Assembly: GCA_951406725.2 (NCBI GenBank)
Contig: OX597820.1
Location: 75,764,001 to 75,828,000, forward strand
DNA from: Octopus vulgaris
Taxonomy: Eukaryota
Direction: 5' to 3'
DNA length: 64,000 nucleotides
The notes under the pieces are model-generated. The model was not told where the DNA came from, made no database searches, and saw only the letters and a program-made list of their open reading frames with translations. Every line of letters starts with the position of its first letter. The first letter of the stretch is position 1. Shown piece by piece: positions 1 through 13,630 of this stretch. The translations under genes were made by a program, and so were the position numbers.

Positions 1-118
1 AGCACTTCCAACACAATGAATATAACTGCACCGCAATAAACCACTGCACACAACCAAGGCACGCAGAGCTGTGCTCGGTGGTGTAGTGAAAGCACGTGAT
101 AAAAATAAGACTACTGGA
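1..118 (+). mobile_element. 3' end of R4/Dong-like non-LTR retrotransposon running into (TAA)n
   Basis: The 3' UTR (ccaaggcacgcagagctgtgctcggtggtgtagtgaaagcacg..ataaaaataagactactg) matches the UTR after the KIALLGTAHILRRTL* C-terminus at 47244-47403 (-). It ends in an AAT array. Confidence 0.7.
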
Positions 119-130
119 TAATAATAATGA

Positions 131-224
<94 letters not shown>

Positions 225-263
225 ATGATTATGATGATGATGTTGATGATGATGATGATGATG

Positions 264-318
<55 letters not shown>

Positions 319-367
319 TAATAATAATTATAAAAACAGTAACAACAACAAAAACAACAATAATAAC

Positions 368-405
<38 letters not shown>
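119..405. repeat. Compound trinucleotide microsatellite (AAT/AGT/GAT/AAC)
   Basis: Seen directly; ORF 96..446 is an artefact of it. Confidence 0.95.
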
Positions 406-407
<2 letters not shown>

Positions 408-1159
408 TACTGCTTTTGCGAATTGTATTATGTTGCTCCCTCTTAAGATGTATTTTATAGCTGACTGGAATGATGGTGTCGAGTCAAAGAATATAGATCC
501 TATTTACTCATTCGCATGAAGCTTAGATCACATGACACATGGCTTCAGAAACTGATATACTGAAACGAACAAACGCCAACGCATCATATGCAAACGTACA
601 TAGGCACAAGTACAGAAAGAAATAACCACATTGGCGCATACATTGACAAGTGTGTAGCAATGTGTAAGCATAAGGAAAGGAAATGATGTGTGAATTACAC
701 CGAAGTCATTTATATTCTATAGAAAAGAATGGAAGGAATTCCAGAGAGTTATTCTAATGATAAATTGAAACTGATGAAGTAAACGGATTCAGTTTTCCTT
801 AGTTGAACCCAGAAATATACGGCAATAATACTGAAACATTATATGCCCTTCTTGACGCCCTGCAGCAAAAAGTTAGACTTGAACATGTATTTTATCTTTT
901 ATTGTTTATTTGTTTCAATCTTTGGTCTGCGACCATGCTAGGGCTGAACGTACACATGGTGGAGCATAAAGATCTCCCAGATTTGGAAGGGGTACCGTGG
1001 AGACGAAAGTTAAAGTAGGGACAAGAGAGAGGTTTCATTTGGAAGGGTAACATCTAGCATTTTTGTATTTATTAATAATTACTAAAAACCTTCTTCCTTT
1101 TTTAGATTCTTTCATTTTTCTATTCATCATTAATTACTCAAAATCTTTGACTGGAGAAG

Positions 1160-1523
1160 TAGGGTGGCTGACGAGGCCACCAGATTTAAGCCCTTGTCCC
1201 CTTTTCCTTTGGGGATGCATAAACGAAAACAATTTCCGACAACGTCCTCGTAGATTTGAGGATTTGATAGAAACGATTCATGAGGAAATCAACGCAATAC
1301 CACTTGAGATGGCACGGAGAGTTATGGAGAACTTCTGGGAACGAATGAGCCAATGCATTGCCAACAACGGCCACCATTTAGCTAATATACTTTTTAAAAC
1401 ACAGTAAAATAAACTTATTTTTAAGTACTCTACAGAAACATAATAAATTTGTTCCTGGGTGGTTGTGTTCTCTTTTTATACTCATTTCTAATGAGGAAAA
1501 TACTCCATGCTCCACCCTAAAGT
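1160..1523 (+). mobile_element. 3' fragment of Tc1/mariner-superfamily transposon (degenerate)
   Basis: WLTRPPDLSPCPLFLWGCINENNFRQRPR..RRVMENFWERMSQCIANNGHHL resembles the WPPRSPDLxPxDFFLWG motif and C-terminus. TIR-like end ctccaccct near 1510-1518. Confidence 0.75.
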
Positions 1524-1665
1524 ACCTATTTGTTTTTAAAATCTGTTTAATGTCTGCTGGTAATTTTTTCATAAAATGCTACGCGATGGGGACGTAAACA
1601 AATCCACGGCTGCCTGTGAGACAGACTCAAAGGCAATGACACACAGATGCAAATATATATATATA

Positions 1666-1888
1666 TATTTCTTTATTGCCCACACGGGGCTAAATACAGA
1701 GGGGACAAACAAGAACAGACAAAGGGATTAAGTCGATTACATCGACCCCAGTGCGTAACAGGTACTTATTTAAGCGACCCCGAAAGGATGAAAGGTAAAA
1801 TCGGCCTAGGTTGAATTTGAACTCAGAACGTAACGGCAGACGAAATACCACAAAGTATTCCGCCCGACGTAATAACGACTCTGCTAGT
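1666..1888 (-). mobile_element. tRNA-derived SINE family A (Tx1-like tail)
   Basis: B-box-like gagttcaaattc, central cctttcatcctttcggggtcg and tail gtcccctctgtatttagccccgtgtgggcaataaagaaa. Many copies in the window. Confidence 0.85.
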
Positions 1889-1909
1889 TATACATACATA
1901 GATACATAC

Positions 1910-1966
<57 letters not shown>

Positions 1967-2034
1967 TTTTCTTTTATTTCCTCCACCTCACTCTCTATTT
2001 TATATCTTATCTAAATTAACTATTTTGTAACTAT

Positions 2035-2090
2035 CCTCTCACACTGATGAAAGGATATAATAACTATCCTGGAAACAGCTATAAGACCTG
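2035..2090 (+). ncRNA. Minimal type-I hammerhead-like motif (partly degenerate) in a short element between (TA)n tracts
   Basis: CTGATGA at 2044-2050, stem II aggata/tatcct, then GAAAC-AGCT-ATA. Stem I is weak. Confidence 0.55.
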
Positions 2091-3024
2091 TTTATAAATG
2101 CTCTAAATCTACACAGCTTTGGTGTTTTTTATCTCGTTACGAAAAAAATTCATATATATATATATATATAAATATCTATCTATTTACCTATATCTATACA
2201 TATATATCTACGTCCCTATCCAGGCCTGGTATATAACAACAAGACAGCCAAAACTCGGGATTTTAGCGAGACTGAACTTTATGTATGGATGACCCAGACT
2301 GTAAAACATATGCAACACAACGTTCTGAACAGAGTCCCATCCATAAGTGAAAGAAGCAGGATGGGTTGAAACGACCGTTGTACAAAATAAACATTAACAC
2401 CAAATCCATCTTCTGATTTTTGTTAAGGTATCCCTCTAGAAGAAGGCTAATTCCTATACAAACATGTTACTCTACTGTGTTGGATACCTTCCAATTTACT
2501 TGCCTCTGGGTTCCTTGGAATTGCTAATGTGAGTCGTTCCTGTATTATGCAAGACATACTCGACTGAAAGCATTTGCACGAGCATTGCTGATACACCCTG
2601 TGAGCGATGAGCATGCCTCTCTTTAAAATAGGTTATAATGTATGTATGCATGTATGTATGTATCTATGTATGTATATATGTATGTATGTATTTATGTATG
2701 TACGTATGTATGTATGTATGTATGCATGTATGTATGTATGTATGTATGTATGTATGTATAAATAGATGTGTGTGTGTTTTTTCCCTTGTTAACAATTAAC
2801 ACGGAAAAAATAAATAGTTACCAGGGTAGCAAAAAGTCACACAAGTAAAAATCACAATAAATATCCATCATTTTCTGTTAAAATGTCTTATTGACGAGTT
2901 TCATTTCTTCATTTACCCTGAAGAGAAGATTACATTGTTTTACACCATTTTATTCTTTTGGAATAATACCAATGATATCGGAAGTAAAGAATTTGAATAA
3001 TACCTGCGTTTAACTCCATTTATT

Positions 3025-3056
<32 letters not shown>

Positions 3057-4121
3057 TGTATGTATGTATGTATGTATGTATGTTTGTGTGTGTTTGTGCT
3101 TTCTTCCCACCGCTTTACAACCGGTGTTGGATAATTTACATCCGATTTTAAATGAAAAAAGTACTAAGGTTGATTTATGGGACTAAAACCTTCAAAGACA
3201 GTGCCACGATCATGGATACAGTTCAATGATTAAAACAACCGGAACATGAGAGTAAATATTTGTAATTCTACAAAGAAGCGTTAATTAATTATTCATAATC
3301 TGCATGTAGCAGTAGGCTTTTAATATCCGGGTAATGGTAGACGTAGTGAATAAGCTTAGCAGAGCCACTACTTGAAAGCTTATGTTTTATACTCGAAGAT
3401 AATGTTCCTCGAACCTTTTGTTCGACTTTGAATGCTTTATAATGGGCTAAAGGCATGCAAATACCCCAGTAAATGAGCAATAAACACAACATTCTCGAGC
3501 AGAGTGGAAATAATTGCAGCAGTGCTATTATCATGGTAAATTTGTAGAAATGCCAGTTGAAACGCTTATTTTTCAGCGTATATACTATCAATTTTAATAA
3601 CCATTTGTCTATTCTACTTAAATTAGATACATCGTGATTGGTAAATTAGTTGCCCTGTTCGTCCGGGGATAATATCTCTTATGGACGCGTTGTGTTTAAA
3701 AACATAATATATATCAGTAACAGACGGAAATCGCCCAGAAATGGAGGTGAGATGCTAGACGTACATTTATCGGTCGTTGTGCTTTGTTAGTAGCGTATAC
3801 TCATTGCAACCCGAACTCTATGACACAACGCGACTCTGCTGACATCATTCTTTTATCTTTTATTCGTTTCCGTCATTAGACTGTTGCCATGCTACGGCAC
3901 CACCCCGAAGAAACATTTTCAGTCAAACGAATCGAACCCGGTAGTTATTTTCTAATGTCTGATTCTTATTCTATCGGTCTGTTTTGTGGAAGCGATAAAT
4001 TATGGAGGCTCAAAATACACCAACAGTTGTTTAGCAGTGGTAGGGAGTCAGAGACGCAAAGACAACTACATACACACACAAACAACAAACCAAGAAACAC
4101 ACACACACACGCATATATGTG

Positions 4122-4198
<77 letters not shown>

Positions 4199-4231
4199 TT
4201 GCATACATACATACACACATACACACACACG

Positions 4232-4510
4232 AAGTCGCTTGGCTTAGTGGTTAAGGTGTTGCACTCGCAATTGTGAGATTGTGGGTTCGATTCCCAGACT
4301 GGTCGTTGCGTTGTATTCTTGAGCAAAGCACTTCATTTCTCGTTGCTCTGCGATCATTTCGACATCTGACGTGTGGAACCCGTTGCACCTGTACAGGTAA
4401 TGTCGATCTGATGGAGGGAGTAAGCGTATGTCTTTACAAGCATTTGGTCGCCATAAACAAATGATTTAAGTGATTAAGATTGTCGCACCCTCGTACATCG
4501 TCTGACGACG
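4232..4510 (+). mobile_element. tRNA-derived SINE family C
   Basis: A box tggcttagtgg, B box ggttcgattcc, CORE-like ttgagcaaagcacttca. Related copies at 27215-27515 and 50788-51080. Confidence 0.8.
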
Positions 4511-4640
4511 AGTAAGTACATTTTACACAGACACACACACACACAAACAGACAGACACACACACACATACACACACACACACGCACATACACACACACAC
4601 ATACACACACACACAAACATACACACATATATATATATAC

Positions 4641-4678
<38 letters not shown>

Positions 4679-5793
4679 GACAAGCAAGTTTCAGATTCCG
4701 TCAACCAAATCCATTCTCAGGGCTTTGGTCATCCCGAGATATCGTAAAAGACACTTGCCCAAGGGGCCATGTAGTAAGACTGACCTCAAAAACATGTAGT
4801 TGGGAAGCAACTTTTATACTGGTCAGCCTCGCTTTCACTTTCCTATGGGAAAAAATCGAGATAACAAGCATTGGCATTGCACATAGCCGCTCGGCCGAAT
4901 GAAAATTTGCTCTCAATTGAAATTTATTGTAGGAGTTTGATCTTTTATCACATTCTGTTGTGTCTGGGGAGTGTCATTTTCTTTTTGTGCCTTCATCTGT
5001 ATATTGTCTTGTGCGCGAATGAGATATGGCCAATTAAAAATGCCATCACTCCATCGTTACGGACGCGGGGACCTGTTGACTAAATCAATGGAACAACCTG
5101 CTGGTGAAATTAACGAGCAAGTGGCTGAGCACTCCGCAGACACACGTACCTTTAACATAGTTCAGAGAGAGATTCGGTGTGACGTAGAATCTTACAAAAA
5201 TGGTATATCCGTCAATCATATACGAACTTCACGTCATTCAAAAAATATGTTTGTGACATATTTCAGCATCTGGAAGCAAATTCCCTGCAGTTACCGTGGA
5301 GAAAAATGCTCTCTTATGGTAAAAGGTGTAACGTTGTTCATTTACATTACCTTAACAATTTCTAAATGTATCCTTGATTTTGAGGTGTATTGTAATAGCA
5401 AAGACTGGAATTTCTAGTCGTTCTTGATTTAAATCAGCCATAGTATTCTATAGATCTCGTTTCTACTCTTAATATTTTCAAATTGCATTTTGAAATGTTT
5501 TAGTAAACAATTTACAGTGTGAAATGGAACTTTAAGTCGAATACGGTTCATAGTACACATCTGAGCCAATGAAGGCAGCAACAACTCCATTACTTTTAAG
5601 ATACTTAATGGCTAAACTGTAAGGAAGAAATCTCCTGAGGGGATTGTAGCAGATGAAAGTAAGTTAAATTACATACCTTTACCGTACAACTTAGCTTTTA
5701 CTATCTACACTGATTTCTAAAATTGAGAAGTATTAACCGAGATATTTAAAGAGAAAGAGAGAAATGGGGATAAAGAAAAGGGGAAGAGCGAGG

Positions 5794-5824
<31 letters not shown>

Positions 5825-6187
5825 TGTGTGTGTGTGTGTGTGTGTTTGTGTGTGTGTATGACGAAAATAGGCAGAGTTAGAATGTGAGCTGCAAATTTTC
5901 CAAGAAGTGTGCGTATAGTATCCAGGGTTGTTTTCGCTGCGTATTGAAGATGTTTCTGTTATAGTGACAAACTTTCCAAAACACATTATTGGCTTTCATC
6001 CCAATTCCATTCAGCCGCTAACTTCAGGGACTTTTATAAGACGTAGCCCAATTATCCCAATAGGCATTAAGAGCTTTTCATCTTTCATTTAAAACAACAT
6101 GTACTTACGTTACTCCAAACGCTTATTTACCTTTTCAAAATAGCTTTCTTTAACACACACAGACACACGGTCTCTGTATATTTGTCA

Positions 6188-6234
<47 letters not shown>

Positions 6235-7399
6235 ACTCACTCTCTCTCTCTCTTTCTCTCACTCTCGGTGGTAATATCTATCTTTCAATTCACTAAGGTC
6301 TTTTAATTCACTTCATTTTCTGTCACAAATTTATCCGTATTTATTCAGATATCTCCGTCATCTACACCACAAATATCAATTTTTAGAAAGCCTATCTTCA
6401 GTTACCCTCATACACTGGTTTTAGTCATTGGATTGCAGTCAGAATGCAGCAAGTCTTGAATAGCTAAAGTTGAATAAATCGAAACAAGTACTTCTTTTTT
6501 TCTTTTTAAGTCTGTTATATTGCACCGTTTTCTTTTTAAGTCGGTCATATCACACCGGTTTGCCGAACCGCTTAATTACAGGAGCGTTAGCAAACCACCA
6601 CCGATAGCCAAGCGTAGGGAGTGGGGATGGTGGACAAATACAGACACAAGGACACACACTCATAGGTATACATACATACATACATACATACATACATACA
6701 TACATACATACATACATACATACATACAGAGGGCGAGTCGAAAAATAATACAAATAAAAATTGAAATATGTTTTTTATAACCTTTGTGTGTTTCCGTCTA
6801 CCAAATCCATTCGCGAAGCACCTTTTGGTCTTGCGATATAGTAAAATAGTCTTATGGCACAAAGCAGAACTAAACTCGAAGCCACACGGTAGCTGAACGA
6901 GTTTCTTAACCACACAGTTATGCCTGCGCCTATATTTGCATTTTCCGTAACATTCATCCATTTTTGTTCCTACATTTTTATTTTCCTAAGCGACCCCTGA
7001 GATTTTAATCTAAATTCTTCTCAACAAATAAGTAAATACTAAAAAAAAGCTTTGTAAAAATTCTACTCAAGAGAACGACATCAAGTGTTCCAAAATGTTT
7101 TCTTTCGAAATAACACTTTCAAAAAATCCCTCAACCCTTCCACATCAATGCTAAACATGCTATAGAAATCCCAGCAGAAAATGAATATATAACTGCCATA
7201 TCATAAATATTCTCAGCCAGTGGTTCTCAGAACAGGAGCAGCGCCATCTTGAATGGAGCAATCAAAATGTAACTCGGTGCATTGTGAATTATTACATAAA
7301 TGATTTAAGGATTTAGAATATTCATGCTAACAAGAAATAAATACTCTTAACTATGGATCAGAATCAAAGCTCTTATCCATAATAATATTCTGCTCTTGC

Positions 7400-7830
7400 G
7401 AAGGCGGTGAGCTGACAAAAGCGTTAGAACGCCGGGCGAAATACTTACTGGTATTTCGTCTTTTTTTACGTTCTGAGTTCAAATTCCGCTGAAGTCGACT
7501 TTACATTTCATCTTTTCGGGTTCGATAAATTAAGTAGCTGTTGCGTACTGGGGTCGATCAAATCGACTGGCCCCTCCCCCAAAATTTCGGGCCTTATGCC
7601 TAGAGTACAAAAAAATATTTTGAAGGCGGTGAGCTGACAGAAACATTAGCATGCCGAGCGAAATGCTTAGCGGTATTTCGTCTGTCTTTATGTTCTGAGT
7701 TCATAATTCCGCCGAGGCCGACTTTGCCTTTCATCCTTCCGAGGTCAAAAAATTCCTTACCAGTTGCGTACTGAGATCGATCTAAACAACTGGCCCCCTC
7801 TCCCAGAATTTCGGGCAGAAAAAAATATTC
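7400..7830 (+). mobile_element. Two head-to-tail SINE family A copies (alternative tail)
   Basis: Two aaggcggtgagctgaca heads, at about 7401 and 7623, each with the central domain and cccctccc..aatttcgggc tail. Confidence 0.85.
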
Positions 7831-8126
7831 TGCTCAAATTTTAACAAATCTTAATAGTTCACTTTCTATCTCGTCGTCTATTTTTCAACCAATTACGGCA
7901 CAGCGTCGGAATCTTCAACGACGTACCATATATAGTTGCATGGGGCAAAAAGTTTATGTCTGTTGGAGATGTGCAAATGAAAAACATTTAAGGTTAATAG
8001 CCACACAGGACAGATCCGTAATATACAGTTATACACATAAACGCTTTTATCCGCTTCATTTGTGGCAGATATTACTCCACAGTTTCTCTTCCTTTCTTCG
8101 TATATCCATAGATCCATATACATATG

Positions 8127-8178
<52 letters not shown>

Positions 8179-8359
8179 TGTGTGTATGTGTGTGTGTGTG
8201 TGTGTGTGTGTATGCGTGTGTGTGTATGAGTGTTTATTAGAAAAAATGAATAGAAATCGTGATTTCCTAATCACTTATCCACTTTGTTAAGGTGATCTAA
8301 TTATTAAAGTGGAAAAATTATGAGAAAAACCATTTCTATTAATTTCTTCAACTATGTCA

Positions 8360-8575
8360 TCTTTTCTACTCTATGCATAAGGCCCGGAATTTTTGGGGAG
8401 AGGGCAAGGCGATTAGATCGATCTCAGTACGCAACTGCTACTTAACTTGTCGACCCTGAAAGGATGAAAAGCAAAGTCGACCTCAGCGGAATTTGAACTC
8501 AGAACGCAAAGACAGGCAAAATAGCGTTAAGTATTTTGACCGGCGTGCTAACGTTTCTGCCAACTCACCACCTTT
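8360..8575 (-). mobile_element. SINE family A copy
   Basis: Reverse complement of the same head, central domain and alternative tail. Confidence 0.8.
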
Positions 8576-8627
8576 TTTCTAATATATAATACAGTACCAA
8601 AGATATGCTATTTCTTATTCTACTATG

Positions 8628-8684
<57 letters not shown>

Positions 8685-8687
<3 letters not shown>

Positions 8688-9929
8688 ATATCATCTCATA
8701 AGTTCTGTCCGATATTCCTTTTTTAAAAATTGAATGAAATTTTGAAGTATTTTAGAATATCTAATGGAATTTTAAATACTTTTTATGTATTTGTGTACAG
8801 TGAAACTAATAAAAAATTATTTTACAGAATAATAGAATTAAAATTTCTTTGATTAAAACCCTTTCTAACATGGAAGTATCCAAAGAGCATTTAAGGCACA
8901 TAATGCTTTATGAGTATAAAAAAAGGAAACTCTGTAGCCGAAGCGACTCGAAACATACACTCAGTTTATGGGAAAGAATGCTTGAATGAAAGAACTTGCA
9001 GAAGATGGTTTGCAAAATTCAGAAGTGGAGATTTCAGCCTTGAAGATGAAGATCGAACAGGACGTCCAGTTGAGTTCCTTGAGGCATTACTTGAAGAAAA
9101 TCCTGCATTATCAGTTGAAGAGTTGGCAATAAAGCTTAGTTCAAACCATACAACTATTCATCGTCTTCTTCAACAACTAGGAAAAGGTTCCTAAACTTGG
9201 AAAATGCCTCATGAATTATCCGAAAGCAACCGCAAATCCCGAGTTGGCATCTGTTCTTCTCATTCTCGCGAACTCATTTCACCCTTTTGGATAGACTTGT
9301 GACTGGTGATGAAAAATGGATCTCGTATCGAAATGTTAAACGTCGTAAACAGTGGCTTGGTAAAAGGGAAAAAGCTCAACCACAACTGAGGAGGGAACTT
9401 CATGGAAAAAGGTTCTTCTCTCTATCTGGTGGGATTGCAAAAGAGTCATTCACTTTGAATTGTTACCACCTGATGCAACAATCAATGCTCAAGTCTACTG
9501 TCAGCAATTAGAGCATTTGAACCAAGCTTTGAAGAAAAAAAGACCCGCTTTAGTGAATCGAAATGGAGTGATGTTTCATCAGGACAATGCACGACCCCAC
9601 ACTGCAAAGATCACATCACAGAAGATCGAAGAGCTTGGTTGGGAAAATTCCTCATCCACTTTATTCTCCCGACCTTGCACTTTCACACTACCATTTGTTT
9701 CATAGTTTACAGAATCATCAGGGGGACATAAAATTACGCAAGCCTTTTCAGAGATCTTCGATTTGAAACCAAAACAGTTTTACATTGATGGGATAAAAAG
9801 CTTGTAAATAGACGGAAGGAAGTAATAAATAATCAAAGAAAGTACATTGATGATTAAATTTCAATTAAATATAACATTTGATCAATTATTTTCTTTCTTC
9901 AAAATTCGGAAAGAACTCATGGGATGTCT

Positions 9930-9933
<4 letters not shown>
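8685..9933 (+). mobile_element. Near full-length degenerate mariner transposon (~1.25 kb) inserted in (TA)n
   Basis: Frameshifted transposase from ATG ~8870: MEVSKEHLRHIMLYEY, RWFAKFRSGDFSLEDEDRTGRP, DRLVTGDEKW, FHQDNARPH, YSPDLA. Imperfect TIRs catctcataagttctgtccga / tcggaaagaactcatgggatg. Confidence 0.92.
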
Positions 9934-9991
<58 letters not shown>

Positions 9992-10004
9992 ACACACAAA
10001 TAAA

Positions 10005-10039
<35 letters not shown>

Positions 10040-10347
10040 TTGTGTGTCTGTGTTTGTACCCCACCATCGCTTGACAACCGAAGTTGCTATGTTTACGTTC
10101 CCGTTAATTAGCGGTTCGGCAAAAGATACCTATAGAATTAGTACTAGGCTTAGAAATAATAAGTCCTGGTGTCGATTTTATTGTTCCAGCATAGCCGCAT
10201 TCAAATGACTGAAGTAAGTAATAGAATGAAAGATGAGCGTTATACTAATACATCTGTTTGTTTTATACACCATCTGTCTTCGCCTTTTGTTTTTTTCGTG
10301 AACTCTTCCCCTATATATTTATGCATGTATATGCATATACATATATA

Positions 10348-10378
<31 letters not shown>

Positions 10379-10395
10379 CAATATATATATGTCAA

Positions 10396-10652
10396 ATTAA
10401 TAAGCTTGAAAATGGCGAGATTTAATGAATATAAATTAATTTATATTAGTGAACATTGCCTACAATTGTTTCACTTCACATCCATCTTAAATTACAAAAC
10501 ATATATAATAAAACAAGCTTTTATTTTAAGTATCCTGGATGGATATGTTTTGAAATTTAGATTGGGTAATAAGTGAAACAATTGTAGGAAATGTTAATTG
10601 ATTAATAATTTTACTTATATCCATTGAATCATTCCATTTTCAAACTTATTAA
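10396..10652. repeat. Diverged foldback; both arms carry GAAAC-AATT-GTA (hammerhead 3' half)
   Basis: cctacaattgtttcactt pairs with aagtgaaacaattgtagg; attaataagcttgaaaatgg pairs with ccattttcaaacttattaat. Confidence 0.7.
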
Positions 10653-11037
10653 TAATAAATGATGCTTTATAATATAATTATTGCAGAAATATCTCTTCAA
10701 AATATAGTATACCAAATCAGGGTATCTTGATAACACTATCCCTATAAGAGGTTTAAATATCCTAATAGTGAATATATGTATATAAATATTATATTATATA
10801 TACATTATGTATATACATGAAGTATAGGGTTTAGTTCAAGGGGCATCTAAACGAATAGGTATAGTAGGCGAATTCTGTAACGGATTAGTAGGGCTCCAAG
10901 GTTATAACCATTTCGGTAATTATGGGGCCCTAGCAAGTTTCTGATGCAGCGGATATATAATTGTTAAAGAGGGCAACCAGCGTAAGGTAAGGCAAATATC
11001 TTAAGTTGTATATAATATTATTACTGGAAAACATTTA

Positions 11038-11300
11038 AAGTGTTATAGCTGTTTCTGGGGTATCCCCGAGTATGGGATGATCCATCATCAGAGACAAATA
11101 TGGAAAATAGGGAAAAAGAGAATGGTACATATTAATGAGATGACGACATAGAGTAAGTGATTAAAAGAATAAGGAGATGAAGAGAGAGAGGGGAGAAAAA
11201 AGAGAAAAGGCATAAAAGTTTATAATTTAGCTTCATAATGTTGCAGAAACAAGAGTTTGAATCCTTAGTTAATATTCTGAGTTTAACAATGGGTTTAAGT
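11038..11300 (-). mobile_element. Probable PLE 3' end: possible GIY-YIG C-terminal remnant followed by a degenerate hammerhead (11038-11097)
   Basis: Minus strand reads KLRILTKDSNSCFCNIM/EAKL, then CTGATGA, a tgg..atccc/gggat..cca stem and GAAAC-AGCT-ATA. Confidence 0.5.
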
Positions 11301-11665
11301 CCTTAGATGCAATCCGGGGTAGATCCATGTGGGTTAAGGTCTTGATATGGTGCGACCTGTAGAGAAAAATGGACACGAACATCTCAAAGTTCAATGGGAA
11401 ATTTGCCATTGAACGTTGAAATGCTCGTGTCCCTGCGAGAAATTGCAAAAGATTGTTTTAAATGGCAATTCACATGTAGTGAAAAGAGCGAACGACTTCA
11501 ATCTTTTTCTCTCTTCTTTTTCCACATGACTCCATTTCTTTTTGAAAATGAACGATCGGGTGCGTTTACTTTAATGGATTATCAATGTATAAAGTGAATT
11601 TCACGGAGTTAGGAGTCGGGAAGACACTCGCCGAGTAATGGAAATAAAATTTAAAGAAAATAATA

Positions 11666-11668
11666 ATG

Positions 11669-11763
<95 letters not shown>

Positions 11764-12226
11764 AATAATAATAATAATAATAATAATAAAAGTGATGGCT
11801 TCATTTATTGTCACAAGGGCGAAGGAGGAGGGGACAATAGAAAGACATAAATCATAATGAAAAGTGATGGCTTCATTTATTGTCACAAGGGCGAAGGAGG
11901 AGGGGAGACAAGTTTGGGGGGTTTACATAAAGATGACGGTGACGGCGACAACAACAACGACGACGACAAAGATGACTATGATGATGATGATAATGATGGC
12001 GACGACGACGACGATGATGATGACGATGATGACAATGATGATGATGATGATGATGATGGATGACTATGATGATGATGATGATGATGGTAACAACGACGAC
12101 GATGATGATGATGATGACGATGATGATGATGATAATAATGGCGGTGGTGTTGATGACAGCGATGATAATGGTGATGACGATGATGATGATGACGACAATA
12201 ATGATGGTGATGATGATGATAAAGAC

Positions 12227-12284
<58 letters not shown>

Positions 12285-12300
12285 GTGATAATAATGATGA
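11666..12300. repeat. Compound AAT/GAT/GAC microsatellite containing a ~47-bp direct duplication (about 11788-11834 and 11860-11905)
   Basis: aaaagtgatggcttcatttattgtcacaagggcgaaggaggagggg occurs twice. Confidence 0.9.
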
Positions 12301-12509
12301 CAACCGAAGTATTTCACTGTCAGTGTATAACATCACAAATGTGGCAATAATAAGCATGGAACTCTAGCGTTTATAGCAAAGAGGTTTCGTTTGAAGATAT
12401 CACGTCCAGTTTTATGGCGCTCTAATAATTTCTCTATCTCAAACGTGACATTAAACTTATAGAGAATAAGCGATTCAGTGCAGTTTATTCCCTTGAAATT
12501 ACATGACAG

Positions 12510-12560
12510 GTTGCTGTCTTCGTCTGGAAACCTCGTCAAAAACGCCAGCAGACAAAATTG
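12510..12560 (+). other. Candidate 51-nt cassette exon (gene unidentified)
   Basis: gacag|GTTGCT..AAATTG|gtacga. Length is divisible by 3, all three frames are open, and the sequence is non-repetitive. The acceptor has a weak pyrimidine tract. Confidence 0.3.
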
Positions 12561-12665
12561 GTACGAAGATGTTGCATTTTATAAGACTTGCATACATACT
12601 TCCTCTTTCGTTTTTGTACAATTTTCATTTATACGGAGTTATATATTTCTTCTCAAATGTGTGTG

Positions 12666-12701
<36 letters not shown>

Positions 12702-12867
12702 TGTGTGTGTGTACATGCGTGCGTGTAGGTGTGTGCGTGTGTGTGCATGCGCCTATTCAAAGGACCTCAGTCACATTACAGGGACCACTTTGAAGAATTT
12801 AGCCGAACAAATGGACCATGGTGCTTAGTTTTCGAGACTAATTCTTGTTCTATTCAAGAATGTTTTC

Positions 12868-13630
12868 CTTCTCTCGGCACAAGGCCCGAAATTATTTTTG
12901 CGGGAGTGACAGTCGATTAGATCGACTTCAGTACGCTACTGCTACTTATTTCATCGACCTCGAAAGGATGAAAGGCAACGTTTGACAACGGCGGAATTTG
13001 AACTCAGAACGTAAAGACAAACGAAATAACGCTAGGTATTTCGCCCGGTGTGCTAATGTTTCTGCCACTCATCGCCTTTAAGAATCTTTTCTACTCTAGG
13101 CACATGGTCAGAAATTTGGTGGGAGGCAGTCGATTAGATCGACCGCATAAGGATGAAAGCCAAATTCTACCCAGGCGAAATTTGAACTCAGAACGTAGCG
13201 GCAGACGAAATACCTATTTCTTTACTACCCACAAGGGGCTAAACACAGAGAGGACAAACAAGGACAGAAAAACGGATTAAGTCGATTATATCGACCCCAG
13301 TCCGTAACTGGTACTTATTTAATCGACCCCGAAAGGATGAAAGGCAAAGTCGACTTCGGCGGAATTTGAACTCAGAACGTAACCGCAGGCGAAATACCTA
13401 TTTCTTTATTACCCACAAGGGGCTAAACACAGAAGGGACAAACAAGGACAGACATAGGTATTAAGTCGATTACATCGACCCCAGTGCGTAACTGGTACTT
13501 AATTTATCGACCCCGAAAGGATGAAAGGCAAAGTCGACCTCGGCGGAATTTGAACTCACAACGTAACGCAGACGAAATACCGCTTAGCATTTCGCCCGGC
13601 GTGCTAACGTTTCTGCCAGCTCGCCGCCTT
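12868..13630 (-). mobile_element. Tandem/nested array of SINE family A
   Basis: About four units, with recurrent gaaatacc|tatttcttt junctions at about 13213 and 13399. Confidence 0.85.

Noticed and set aside
4232-4310. tRNA gene
   Set aside because: A and B boxes are present but there is no cloverleaf or acceptor stem, and it continues into a SINE body.
5601-5658. ag..gtaagt bounded candidate exon
   Set aside because: It has stops in all three frames and no other support; it could only be non-coding.
11857-12367. Poly-Asp 'acidic protein' ORF
   Set aside because: Compound GAT/GAC microsatellite with a frame break at about 12060.
12868-13630. CRISPR-like regular repeats
   Set aside because: The units are ~185-bp SINE bodies without unique spacers, in a eukaryotic context with no cas genes.
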